This document shows, piece after piece, positions 18,757 through 27,898 of a DNA stretch of 64,000 bases. The stretch's first letter is position 1. Each line of letters starts with the position of its first letter. The DNA comes from Nanobdellota archaeon (GTDB taxonomy: Archaea; Nanobdellota; Nanobdellia; SCGC-AAA011-G17; JACPIM01): contig JBBSWN010000010.1 in NCBI GenBank assembly GCA_038046265.1, positions 7,693 through 71,692 on the forward strand. The letters run 5' to 3'. A program made the translations under genes and the position numbers. Below the pieces are notes generated by a model. The model ran no database searches. It had not been told where the DNA came from and saw nothing but the letters and a program-made list of their open reading frames with translations.

Positions 18757-19908
18757 ATGAAAAAAGGATATATTTTCTGGGGGTTTTTTATTATTTTGTT
18801 GTTAATATTTTCGTTTTTTTATAATTTTGAGGATAATCCCAAAAATAGGGAATTTAATAAACCTGAAAAAGCCTTTATAAACAGTTTTTTTGCACTTAGA
18901 TATAAATACGAAAGTATAAAACCTGATTTTGATGTTAGCAGCATAAAAAATACAAAAGACAAGGAAAAATTTGACAAATCTTTGAAAAAAAAGCTTTTAG
19001 AATTATTGAATATGCCTTTTGATGAAGTTCCTGTTGATAAGCTTTTAAATACTTATACCACCATAGACAAAGGGACTTATACTGAAAATGCGCTTACTTT
19101 ACATACTTCTGAATATTCTTTGGCATCAGCTTATCTTCTTATACCAAAGAATTTGAAAGAAAAGAATCCAGCTATAATAGCAATGCACCAGCATGGTGAA
19201 AATTATGAAAATGGAAAAGAGGAAGTTGTCGGCAATAAAGGAGAACCAGATTTAGCTTATGGAAAAGAGCTAGTTGAAAGAGGGTATGTTGTTTTTGCAA
19301 TGGATGCTCCTTTATTTGGCGAGAGACTTAATTTTGGGGGGGGTTCTGGAGCTGTACAGGAAGTTAATGCTGCACAAGACTTATTTTTATTTGGACACCC
19401 GCCTTTAGGAGTTATAGTTCAAGAAGATTTAGTAAGTTTAGATTATTTATATTCTTTAGATTTTATTGACAAGGATAATATAGGGTGTATTGGGCATTCT
19501 TTTGGTGGTGTAAGGTGCATGTACTTGGCAGCTTTAGATGAAAGAATTAAAGTAACTGTTTTATCAAGTAGCGTAGCTAATATTAAAAAAGAACTAAGCA
19601 GCGGGGCAACTCATACTTGGTTTTCAATTTTACCTGGAATAGCAAGAGTTACTGAAACTAGCGGCATTTTAGCTTTAATTTCTCCAAGACCTTTGATGAT
19701 AGTTCACACTGATAATGATCCAATTTTTCCATCTGATGAAACCCAACAAAACATAGATTCTGTTTATGGACTTTATGGTTTATTGGAAAAAAGAGAGAAT
19801 TTTGATTATTTTTTCATAAAAAATGAGAAGCATACATTTCCGAAAGAAGCTCATAACTTAGTTTATGAGTTTATGGACAAGCACCTTAAAAAACAGCTTT
19901 ACACATAA
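18757..19908 (+). CDS. membrane-anchored alpha/beta hydrolase paralog 4 (GHSFGG)
   Basis: IAMHQHGENYENGKEEVVGN, CIGHSFGGVRCMYLAA, HTDNDPIF and an N-terminal TM. Confidence 0.7.
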   Translation: MKKGYIFWGFFIILLLIFSFFYNFEDNPKNREFNKPEKAFINSFFALRYKYESIKPDFDVSSIKNTKDKEKFDKSLKKKLLELLNMPFDEVPVDKLLNTYTTIDKGTYTENALTLHTSEYSLASAYLLIPKNLKEKNPAIIAMHQHGENYENGKEEVVGNKGEPDLAYGKELVERGYVVFAMDAPLFGERLNFGGGSGAVQEVNAAQDLFLFGHPPLGVIVQEDLVSLDYLYSLDFIDKDNIGCIGHSFGGVRCMYLAALDERIKVTVLSSSVANIKKELSSGATHTWFSILPGIARVTETSGILALISPRPLMIVHTDNDPIFPSDETQQNIDSVYGLYGLLEKRENFDYFFIKNEKHTFPKEAHNLVYEFMDKHLKKQLYT

Positions 19909-20073
19909 TTAATAAAACAATAACTTTATAAGGTAAATTATTAGGTATATTTTATGGAAATGACAAGAGTTGATTGTATTCATTTGTAATCTTTTTTCTA
20001 GTTCAAACTATAAACTTTTAAGTGTTATAAAGCAAATTTTTATTAAGGATTTAATTTCTTTTATTTCTAGAAT

Positions 20074-20189
20074 GGCGGTCGTAGTATACTGGCTTATTAC
20101 AGCTGGCTGTGGCCCGGCTAAAGGGAGTTCGATAAAATCTTTTTGGGAAAAAGCTTTACCAAAAAATTACGAAAATCTCCCCGATCGCC
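20074..20189 (+). tRNA. tRNA-His (GUG) with encoded G-1, C73 and a ~42-nt intron in the T-loop
   Basis: Hand fold: G-1 at 20074; acceptor GCGGTCG/CGATCGC (one G-U pair); D-arm with A14, G18-G19, A21; anticodon stem GCTGG/CCGGC; loop CUGUGGC (U33, GUG, G37); T-stem GGGAG/CTCCC; exons TTCGA+AT rebuild a TTCGAAT T-loop after removing 20133-20174; discriminator C. No CCA encoded. Confidence 0.5.
20139..20166 (+). promoter_or_regulatory. dispersed motif copy inside the tRNA-His intron (CTTTTTGGGAAAAAGCTTTACCAAAAAA)
   Basis: Motif family. Confidence 0.35.
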
Positions 20190-20203
20190 CTAAGCTTTTC
20201 TTA

Positions 20204-20235
20204 AACCTTTTTAGGAAAAAGCTTTACCAAAAAAG
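20204..20235 (+). promoter_or_regulatory. dispersed motif copy upstream of hisS
   Basis: AACCTTTTTAGGAAAAAGCTTTACCAAAAAAG. Confidence 0.35.
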
Positions 20236-20301
20236 AGAAAACCTTGGAAAAGAAAACATTTTTAGGAAAAGTTTGAGTTACTATAATATAAGAGGTGGAA
20301 A

Positions 20302-21567
20302 ATGAAATTAGAAAGAGCCAAGGGTGTCAGGGATTTTCTTCAAAGCGAGAAATTAAAGAGAAACCAGATTATGAATGTAATTAGAGAGGGTTTTGAGTTA
20401 TATGGTTTTTTTGAAATAGAGACACCCATATTAGAAAGATATGATCTTTTATCTGCCAAGTATGCCGGGGGAGCTGAAATATTAAAAGAAACTTTCAAGT
20501 TAAAAGACCAGGGAAACAGGGAATTAGCCTTAAGGTATGATTTAACAGTGCCTTTAGCAAGAGTTATAGGGATGAATCCCCAATTAAAAATGCCATTTAG
20601 AAGATATCAGATTGGGAAAGTTTTTAGGGACGGGCCAATTGGAACAGGAAGAGTGAGGGAGTTTTTTCAGTGCGATGCTGATATTATAGGGTGCGAGAGT
20701 GTTTTAGCTGAAGTTGAGCTTTTAAATTTGGCTAATTATGTTTATACAAAATTAGGATTTAAGTTTAAACTTAAAGTCAACGACAGGAAAATTTTAAATG
20801 CTATTTTAAAGAGTGCTGGGATATTGGAAAATGATTTTGAAAATGTTATTTTAAGCATAGATAAATTGTATAAAATTGGTGTTGAGGGAGTGAGCAAAGA
20901 ACTTCTTGAGAAAAATGTAGATAAAAATGCTACTGAGAAAATAATTAAAATAATCTCTATAAAAGGAAACAACAAGGAAAAATTAAAAGAGATTGAGAAA
21001 TTTATTCCAGAAGAAAGTCTGAAAGAAATAAATGAATTAATTAAGTATAATGTCAAGAATATTGAATTGGATTTTTCACTTGCAAGGGGATTCTCTTATT
21101 ACACTGGAATAATTTTTGAAATTGTTTTAAAGGACAACAAGTTAATCTGCTCTGTAGGAAGCGGGGGGAGATATGACAGTATGATAGGCAGTTTACTAGA
21201 AAATAAGAGAAGTTATCCTGCTGTTGGAATTTCTTTTGGGCTGGACAGAATTTATGATGCTCTTGAAGATAAAGAAGTCAAGAAAAGCTTGACACAGGTT
21301 TTTATTATATCTATTAATGAAGAAAAAAAAGCTATTGAATTGGGTGAAAATTTAAGAAGAAACAATTTTAAAACAGAATTAGATATAAAGAAAAGATCAA
21401 TTTCCTCTAGCTTAGATTATGCTTCTAAAATGGAAATTCCATTTGTTGTTTTTTTAGGCAAGGAAGAAATGAAAAAAAACAAGGTAAAATTAAGGAACAT
21501 GAAGAACGGGAAAGAGAAATTAATGAGTGTAAATCAGTTGTTTAGCACTTTAAAGGGGTTGAAGTAG
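20302..21567 (+). CDS. hisS: histidyl-tRNA synthetase
   Basis: Class II aaRS core with a C-terminal anticodon-binding-like domain; overall resemblance to HisRS; lies next to the tRNA-His gene. Confidence 0.6.
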   Translation: MKLERAKGVRDFLQSEKLKRNQIMNVIREGFELYGFFEIETPILERYDLLSAKYAGGAEILKETFKLKDQGNRELALRYDLTVPLARVIGMNPQLKMPFRRYQIGKVFRDGPIGTGRVREFFQCDADIIGCESVLAEVELLNLANYVYTKLGFKFKLKVNDRKILNAILKSAGILENDFENVILSIDKLYKIGVEGVSKELLEKNVDKNATEKIIKIISIKGNNKEKLKEIEKFIPEESLKEINELIKYNVKNIELDFSLARGFSYYTGIIFEIVLKDNKLICSVGSGGRYDSMIGSLLENKRSYPAVGISFGLDRIYDALEDKEVKKSLTQVFIISINEEKKAIELGENLRRNNFKTELDIKKRSISSSLDYASKMEIPFVVFLGKEEMKKNKVKLRNMKNGKEKLMSVNQLFSTLKGLK

Positions 21568-21707
21568 AGCGTTCAGGACCGATAAGTTTATATATTGCTA
21601 GTTGAAAAAAGAACTGAAAAATGTTATCAAATAATGAAAAGAGAAAACTATTTCTGGTGAATTATTTTTACAATAATTTATTAGGGATAGGAAGGGAGGA
21701 ATAAAAA

Positions 21708-21815
21708 ATGGTTGATGAAGAATTAAAGTTTATGGTGGATGAAGATGAAGATACAGGCGGGGACAGTGATGATGACGATGATGACGATGATGACTGGGAA
21801 GATGATGAAGAGTAA
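21708..21815 (+). CDS. tiny highly acidic ORF (35 aa: MVDEELKFMVDEDEDTGGDSDDDDDDDDDWEDDEE)
   Basis: GGAGG 8 nt upstream of the ATG; oligo-T after the stop; GAT/GAC triplet repeat. Confidence 0.25.
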   Translation: MVDEELKFMVDEDEDTGGDSDDDDDDDDDWEDDEE

Positions 21816-21816
21816 T

Positions 21817-21845
21817 TAGCTCTTCTTTTTTCTTTTTATTTTAAA
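21817..21845 (+). terminator. oligo-T tract
   Basis: ttagctcttcttttttctttttatttt. Confidence 0.25.
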
Positions 21846-22025
21846 ATTCTTTTTCTATAGTTTAATTATTAATATAGTTCTATTAGAATTAGTTTAAAAC
21901 CCTGGGAAGAAAAACTCCGAAGAGCTTTCTTCCTGGGAAAAAAGAGGTGATAGAGTTGGAAGGGGGCAACTAATATATAAATCTTTCGGTTGTTTCTATT
22001 CTAAAATAGTAACAAATTAATAAAT

Positions 22026-22772
22026 ATGGGGTTTTGCTTGTTTTTATGTAAAATGGAAGACAAGATATACAAGATGCTATTAGAGGAAAGTGAAATAACG
22101 TGGCAGTCTATTATATATGACTTAGTAAAGAAAGATCAGATTGATCCGTGGAACATTAACCTTTCTTTGCTGGCAAGCAAGTATAAAGAGAGAATTAAAG
22201 AACTTAAGCAGCATAATTTTTTTATTTCAGGAAAGGTAATTCTTGCTTCTGCTTTATTATTAAGGATAAAGTCACACAAATTTTTAACAGAGCATATACC
22301 TAATTTTGACAATTTTTTATATCCGCCAGAAGATGCTGAGTTAAGCGAGTTACTTGAACAGGATAATAATTTTTACAAAGACCAAAAAATACCAGAGCTA
22401 ATGATAAAGACGCCTGCTGAAAGAAAAAGAAAAATTACTATTAGTGAATTAATGAAGGCTTTGGAGCAGGCATTGGACATTGATTTCAGGAGAGAGGTAA
22501 AGAAAAGAGATTACGCTGTTTTTAGAAAAGTGGAACTGCCTAAAAATGTAATGGACATAAGTGAAGTAATAAAAAATATTTACAACAAGATAATGAGCTT
22601 TTTCAAGAGAAATGAGGAAGTGACGTTTACAAAATTAATTCCAAGCCAGAAAAAAGAAGACAAATTGTATACTTTTTTACCTTTGATATTTTTAGAGAGT
22701 GATGGCAAGATATTATTGGAACAGGAAAAAGCTTTTGGTGAAATAAAAGTTAAAATTCCCAAATCAAGCTAG
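22026..22772 (+). CDS. scpA: segregation and condensation protein A (kleisin) homologue
   Basis: N-terminal WQSIIYDLVKKDQIDPWNINLSLLASKY resembles the ScpA motif (IDPWDIDI). Confidence 0.45.
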   Translation: MGFCLFLCKMEDKIYKMLLEESEITWQSIIYDLVKKDQIDPWNINLSLLASKYKERIKELKQHNFFISGKVILASALLLRIKSHKFLTEHIPNFDNFLYPPEDAELSELLEQDNNFYKDQKIPELMIKTPAERKRKITISELMKALEQALDIDFRREVKKRDYAVFRKVELPKNVMDISEVIKNIYNKIMSFFKRNEEVTFTKLIPSQKKEDKLYTFLPLIFLESDGKILLEQEKAFGEIKVKIPKSS

Positions 22773-22789
22773 GTAATATGTTCCTACGC

Positions 22790-23038
22790 CTAAAAAAGCA
22801 AGGCCACTGCAAGATTGTAAATGCTTAATATTGAAACGTTATGATCTTCAATTTCTGAAACATCTGTTTCTGGTTCATTCCACATTGATCCTGTTCTTGA
22901 AAGGTAATGCAACCAACCATATAAAGGAATAAAGTCAGTTTTTCTTAAGTCTCTAAGTTCAATTAGTTCATCTTCTAAATCCCAAACATCCATTTCATCT
23001 TCACTAGTTTTGCCAAAACTGTCTTCTAAATTTTTCAT
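22790..23038 (-). CDS. hypothetical acidic small protein
   Basis: 82-aa ORF, no recognisable motifs. Confidence 0.25.
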   Translation of the reverse strand: MKNLEDSFGKTSEDEMDVWDLEDELIELRDLRKTDFIPLYGWLHYLSRTGSMWNEPETDVSEIEDHNVSILSIYNLAVALLF

Positions 23039-23076
23039 ATTAAATTAATAATAAAATAAAGATTTGTTTAAAAAGT

Positions 23077-23538
23077 TTATTCTAAGGAATTAACACTACT
23101 GTCAAAAGCATTTTTATTGCCTTTGCAAAATTCTTCTATTAATTTAACAAAATTTTTGGATTTTTGGAAATATTCTTTTAAAGTGTCAATGTTAACGTCG
23201 CCTTCTTCTGTCATTAAAGTTACTCTCTTTCTGTATTCTTCCTTGCTGTCAAACTTGGCATTATAAACGCGCCTCAACAAGAAATAGAATTCTGCATACT
23301 CTTTTATTTTCGGGAGCTTTTCCAATAATTGCTCAAACCTCATTCTTGGAACATCTGAACTGTTTTTTATTTTCAGGTATTCAAGACCCTCCACTACTGC
23401 AAAATCCATTGCCTTGATCAGTCTTTGGATTGTGTTTTTAATTACATCAGCTGTTTTAGTATATTTTAATGTAACATAAATAAGGTGATCTGCTCTTTTA
23501 AGCTCCTCTTCTGCGTTTTCTTCAAAATCTTCGAGCAT
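23077..23538 (-). CDS. hypothetical helical protein, tandem paralog 1
   Basis: N-terminal EE..K.ADHL.Y.T motif shared with the next gene. Confidence 0.4.
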   Translation of the reverse strand: MLEDFEENAEEELKRADHLIYVTLKYTKTADVIKNTIQRLIKAMDFAVVEGLEYLKIKNSSDVPRMRFEQLLEKLPKIKEYAEFYFLLRRVYNAKFDSKEEYRKRVTLMTEEGDVNIDTLKEYFQKSKNFVKLIEEFCKGNKNAFDSSVNSLE

Positions 23539-24004
23539 TCTTTAATATTGAATCTGCTTTATTTACCAATATTTTGGTGGCATTTATGTAGTCTTTTACT
23601 TTTTTTAAGCTTAATGTTTTTGCTCTTGAGAAATCTTCTGTTATTATCACTAATTCTTTTTTCCTAAAAAGCTCCATATCAGAGGTTTTTCTTGATTCTG
23701 CTATTGCCTTTATGTCTTTAATCATGAATATTATTTCTGTGTTGATGTTGTATCTTCTGCAGAGCTCGTTTTTAAAGACTATTATTTTTTCTTCTGGATT
23801 TTCTGGAACTGAAGGAATTCTTTTATAGTATTTATCATAGTTTAGCATAGAATCTATTGTTTTTATTATGGAATTATAGAGGTTTTCTACTATTAAAAGC
23901 ATTAATTTATTGTCCATTATTAATGGATATGTAATATAAGCTAGATGGTCTGCTATTTTCAGGGCTTTTTTAGCTTCTTCTAACTGAGTTTCAAATGGTT
24001 CCAT
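23522..24004 (-). CDS. hypothetical helical protein, tandem paralog 2
   Basis: LEEAKKALKIADHLAYITYP; weak HEPN-like N-terminal helix but no Rx4-6H. Confidence 0.4.
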   Translation of the reverse strand: MEPFETQLEEAKKALKIADHLAYITYPLIMDNKLMLLIVENLYNSIIKTIDSMLNYDKYYKRIPSVPENPEEKIIVFKNELCRRYNINTEIIFMIKDIKAIAESRKTSDMELFRKKELVIITEDFSRAKTLSLKKVKDYINATKILVNKADSILKNARRF

Positions 24005-24079
24005 ATGAAAAATTACAGTTGTCTTAGTATAAAAAAATTTAGCAAAAGCTTTTTATATGTCTGGTACAGTGTTTTTGGA

Positions 24080-24250
24080 ATGGCAGAAGACAACAAAGTG
24101 TATATTCCTGCATCAAGCGGGGGTGTAGTCACTTATTACAAGGATTCTGAGAGCAAGATAAAGATTGATCCTAATTATATTGTAGTGTTAATAGTTATAG
24201 TCCTTATATTAGAATTTATTCTGCATCAAAGCAAGGTTTTCTTATCATGA
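24080..24250 (+). CDS. Sec61-beta / SecG (archaeal preprotein translocase small subunit)
   Basis: MAEDNKVYIPASSGGVVTYYKDSESKIKIDPNYIVVLIVIVLILEFILH matches the archaeal Sec61-beta pattern (P.S.aGl.rYy.e....I.P + TM). Start moved to the internal ATG at 24080. Confidence 0.6.
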   Translation: MAEDNKVYIPASSGGVVTYYKDSESKIKIDPNYIVVLIVIVLILEFILHQSKVFLS

Positions 24251-24573
24251 TGCCTAACGTTAATCCTAGGGAAATGGAAAAGATGATGAAAAAGCTAGGA
24301 ATGAAGCAGGAAAATATTGATGCTGAGGAAGTTATTATTTCATGCAAGCATAAAAAAATCATTGTCAGAAATCCACAAGTTACAAAGATAAACATGATGG
24401 GGCAGGAAAGCTTGCAAATTACAGGGGACTTAGAAGAGCAGGAAATTCAAGGATTTAAAGATGAGGACATTCATATAGTAATGGAACAGACTGGGTGTAC
24501 AAGGGAGAAAGCAAAAGAAGCTCTGGAAAAAGAGAAAGATATTGCTGCTGCTATTATTTATTTAAAAAGTTAG
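24247..24573 (+). CDS. nac: nascent polypeptide-associated complex alpha subunit
   Basis: NAC domain followed by a C-terminal UBA-like VMEQTGCTREKAKEALEKEKDIAAAIIYLK. Confidence 0.6.
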   Translation: MMPNVNPREMEKMMKKLGMKQENIDAEEVIISCKHKKIIVRNPQVTKINMMGQESLQITGDLEEQEIQGFKDEDIHIVMEQTGCTREKAKEALEKEKDIAAAIIYLKS

Positions 24574-24854
24574 ACTTCTTTTAATAATTTTGACAAGGCT
24601 TTGTCTAAGGCATAGAATAAATTTACATCTGAGACTTCTGCATTTATTTCCTTATCTTTTATTTTTAAGTTTGAATTAATGCCTTTTTGGGCATCACTGC
24701 TTTTTAATTCAAGGCTCAGCTCATTTACGCTTGAATTTGTTTTTTCAGAAATCTTTCTTGCATAATTTCCTGTGATTTTTTTAACAACTATTAAAGAAGC
24801 TGCATCTAACTCATTAAATCCAATGAGTTTTATATTGCCCCCTAACTCTATCAT
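24570..24854 (-). CDS. small protein with resemblance to the ribosome hibernation factor (HPF/RaiA/YfiA) family
   Basis: C-terminal NLFYALDKALSKLLKEV compares with HPF DMYAAIDLxxDKLxRQL; length and beta-alpha-beta pattern fit. Tentative. Confidence 0.3.
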   Translation of the reverse strand: MIELGGNIKLIGFNELDAASLIVVKKITGNYARKISEKTNSSVNELSLELKSSDAQKGINSNLKIKDKEINAEVSDVNLFYALDKALSKLLKEV

Positions 24855-24957
24855 TTTCTTGTTGTTACTAAATTATACTATGTTTATTAAGTATTTAAGG
24901 TTTTAGCTTTTTAGATATGAGATTAAAGATGAAAGCAGACCAATAGTCAGAAACAAG

Positions 24958-26019
24958 CTAAACATATTCCCTTAGTTTTTCGAAAAAACCCTTTTCAGTT
25001 TCAGCTTTACTATCTTTTGAAAAGGCTTCCTTAATCAGTTCCAGCTGTTTTTTGGTTAATTTTTCAGGAATTTCGACAACAAACTTAACTAACTGGTCCC
25101 CCCTTTTATCAGAATTTAAGACAGGCATTCCCTGCCCTTTTAATCTGAAAACAATATGGCTCTGAGTTCCAGAAGGAATTTTTACTTTAGCTTTTCCACT
25201 AATTGTAGGTATTTCAACTTCCCCGCCTAAAACAGCAGTTCCTAAATCCAAAACAGTTTTACAAAATAAATTTTCTTCGCTTCTTTCAAATAATTCATGC
25301 CTTAAAACATGAATGACAACATAAACATTTCCGAATTCAAAAGGTATTCTTATGTACTGCTCATTGTCCACGCCCTTAGGAATATCAACTTCTATTTTTT
25401 TTATTTTTTTAACCCTGCCTTCGTCACATTTTCCGCATTGTTTAGCAATTATTTTTCCTTTTCCGTAACATTTTCCACAGGTTGCAACACTAACTACCTG
25501 ACCAAAAAAAGTTCTGTGGATTTTTTTCTGTTGCCCTGTTCCCTCACAATCTCCGCATTTATTTAAAAATCCGTCTTTAGCTCCACTACCTTTGCAAACT
25601 GTACATGAAACAAATTGTGGAACTTCAATGTTTTTCTTCACTCCAGAAAAAGCTTCTTCTAAACTTAGTTCTAAATTAATTCTTATGTCATAATTTTCTT
25701 CTCTTTCTCTCTTATTAAAACCACCAAACAAGTCTTCAAAACCAAAGCTCCTGAAAATATCATTAAAATCAAAACCCTGAGAATATCCTTGACCATTAAA
25801 ATCAGCAGTTCCAAATTGATCATACTGCTGTCTTTTCCCTGGATCATTCAAAACCTGAAAAGCTTCATTTATTTCCTTGAATTTTTCTTCAGCCTGTTTT
25901 TTATCTTGATGAACATCAGGATGCCATTTTCTAGCTAATTGTTTAAATGCTTTCTTAATTTCTTCATGTGAAGCATTTCTATTTACCCCTAAAGTTTCAT
26001 AATAATCTTTTTTTGCCAT
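24958..26019 (-). CDS. dnaJ: chaperone DnaJ
   Basis: J domain (YYETLGV...HPD), Gly/Phe region, four CxxCxGxG zinc-finger repeats. Confidence 0.85.
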   Translation of the reverse strand: MAKKDYYETLGVNRNASHEEIKKAFKQLARKWHPDVHQDKKQAEEKFKEINEAFQVLNDPGKRQQYDQFGTADFNGQGYSQGFDFNDIFRSFGFEDLFGGFNKREREENYDIRINLELSLEEAFSGVKKNIEVPQFVSCTVCKGSGAKDGFLNKCGDCEGTGQQKKIHRTFFGQVVSVATCGKCYGKGKIIAKQCGKCDEGRVKKIKKIEVDIPKGVDNEQYIRIPFEFGNVYVVIHVLRHELFERSEENLFCKTVLDLGTAVLGGEVEIPTISGKAKVKIPSGTQSHIVFRLKGQGMPVLNSDKRGDQLVKFVVEIPEKLTKKQLELIKEAFSKDSKAETEKGFFEKLREYV

Positions 26020-26049
26020 GACATTTGGATGAAGATTTTTTAAAATTGT

Positions 26050-27897
26050 TTAATCTTCAACTTTAAAATCTGCATCAACTACTTTGCTTTTTTTATCTTT
26101 CGGTTTTTCATCTTCTTCACTGTTAACTCCAGTTCCCTGAGTTTTCATCGCATCTGCATAAATTGAACTTCCTGCTTCCTGCAATACTTTCTGGAGTTTA
26201 TCAGTTTCTTTTTTAATTTTCTCTAAGTCATTTGACTCTAAAGAAGATTTTGAAGTTTTCAAAGCATCTTCAATCTTTTCTTTTTGTTCCCTGCTTAATT
26301 TGTCCCCCAGATCAGCCAAAGTTTTTTCTGTAGTGTAAATTAAAGAGTCTGCATTGTTTTTTATTTCTATTTCTTCCTTTCTTTTTCTGTCTTCTTCTTC
26401 ATGTTCTTTAGCTTCTTTAACCATCTTCTCTACTTCTTTGTCATTTAATTTTGTTGAAGCAGTTATAGTCATCTTTTGTTCTTTGTTTGTTCCTAAATCT
26501 TTTGCAGATACATTCAAAATTCCTGAAGCATCTATGTCAAAAGCAACTTCAATTTGAGGAACTCCTCTCGGTGCTGGCGGAATTCCAATTAAATTAAACT
26601 GCCCCAAGCTAGTGTTATCTTTAGCCATAGGTCTTTCTCCCTGCAAAACATGAATTGTAACAGCAGTTTGAGAATCAGCAGCTGTAGTAAATACCTGGCT
26701 TTTCTTTGTGGGTATAGTAGTATTTCTGTCAATTAAAGGCGTTCTAACACTGCCTAAGGTTTCAATACCCAAAGTTAAAGGTGTAACATCCAGCAAAACC
26801 AAGTCTTTTATATCTCCTGATAAAATAGCTCCCTGAATAGCTGCTCCAGAAGCAACACATTCCATTGGATCTACTCCATGCTCTAATTTCTTTCCAACTT
26901 TTTCTTCAATAAATTTCTGTACAGCTGGAATTCTTGTAGGTCCTCCAACTAAAATAACTTTTTTAATGTCATTCTTAGCCAGGTTTGCATCTTTTAAAGC
27001 CTGTTCAACTGGATGTATACATCTGTCAATAATTGGCTGTATTAACTGCTCAAATTTAGCTCTTGACAACTTTAAAGCTAAATGTTTTGGTCCTTCTTTG
27101 TCAGCAGTTACATAAGGCAAATTAATTTCAGTTTCCAAGACTGTTGACAATTCTATTTTAGCTTTTTCAGCAGCTTCTCTGATTCTTTGAGAAGCCATTT
27201 TGTCTTTTGTTAAATCTACTCCTTCCTGCTTTTTGAATTCAGAAACTATCCAGTCAATTACAGCCTTATCCATATCAGTTCCGCCCAGTTGTGTATCTCC
27301 TGATGTTGACAAAACAGTAAATGTTCCATCTCCAAATTCCATTATAGTAACATCCAAAGTTCCCCCACCCAAATCAAAAACAAGAATTTTATGCTCTCCT
27401 TCTTTGTCTAATCCATAAGCCATTGAGGCTGCTGTTGGTTCATTAACTAATCTTACAACATCCAAGCCTGCAATTTTGCCAGCATCTTTAGTTGCTGTTC
27501 TTTGGTTGTCATTAAAATAAGCTGGTACAGTAATAACTGCTTTTTTTATTTCTTCACCTAAAAAAGCTTCAGCATCTTTTTTGATTTTTTGCAAAATAAA
27601 AGCTGAAATTTGCTGGGGTGTATATTCTTTTCCATGAATCTTAAATTTATGATCAGTTCCAATTTTTCTCTTTGCAGCCATAACTGTTCCATCTGGATTG
27701 CTGACTGCCTGCCTTCTTGCAGGTTCTCCAACTAACAGCTGCCCGTCTTTTGTAAATGCAACAACAGAAGGAAACATTTTTCCTGCAACAGTTGCCCCTT
27801 CAGCAGAAGGTATAATTGTAGGTTTTCCACCTAACATAACTGCACCTTCTGAGTTTGATGTGCCAAGATCTATACCTAAAATTTTTTCTTTTGCCAT
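26050..27897 (-). CDS. dnaK: chaperone DnaK (Hsp70)
   Basis: [19 protein letters not shown] and other Hsp70 signatures along 615 aa. Confidence 0.9.
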   Translation of the reverse strand: MAKEKILGIDLGTSNSEGAVMLGGKPTIIPSAEGATVAGKMFPSVVAFTKDGQLLVGEPARRQAVSNPDGTVMAAKRKIGTDHKFKIHGKEYTPQQISAFILQKIKKDAEAFLGEEIKKAVITVPAYFNDNQRTATKDAGKIAGLDVVRLVNEPTAASMAYGLDKEGEHKILVFDLGGGTLDVTIMEFGDGTFTVLSTSGDTQLGGTDMDKAVIDWIVSEFKKQEGVDLTKDKMASQRIREAAEKAKIELSTVLETEINLPYVTADKEGPKHLALKLSRAKFEQLIQPIIDRCIHPVEQALKDANLAKNDIKKVILVGGPTRIPAVQKFIEEKVGKKLEHGVDPMECVASGAAIQGAILSGDIKDLVLLDVTPLTLGIETLGSVRTPLIDRNTTIPTKKSQVFTTAADSQTAVTIHVLQGERPMAKDNTSLGQFNLIGIPPAPRGVPQIEVAFDIDASGILNVSAKDLGTNKEQKMTITASTKLNDKEVEKMVKEAKEHEEEDRKRKEEIEIKNNADSLIYTTEKTLADLGDKLSREQKEKIEDALKTSKSSLESNDLEKIKKETDKLQKVLQEAGSSIYADAMKTQGTGVNSEEDEKPKDKKSKVVDADFKVED

Positions 27898-27898
27898 A

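Noticed and set aside
20074-20189. Alternative reading as a split (two-piece) tRNA-His as in Nanoarchaeum
   Set aside because: The 3' piece would be only ~15 nt and directly adjacent on the same strand. A single gene with a T-loop intron is simpler.
19970-20305. Listed 111-aa ORF upstream of hisS
   Set aside because: It spans the tRNA-His gene and two copies of the dispersed motif. Its translation is low-complexity (FWEKALPKNYENL... repeats). Judged spurious.
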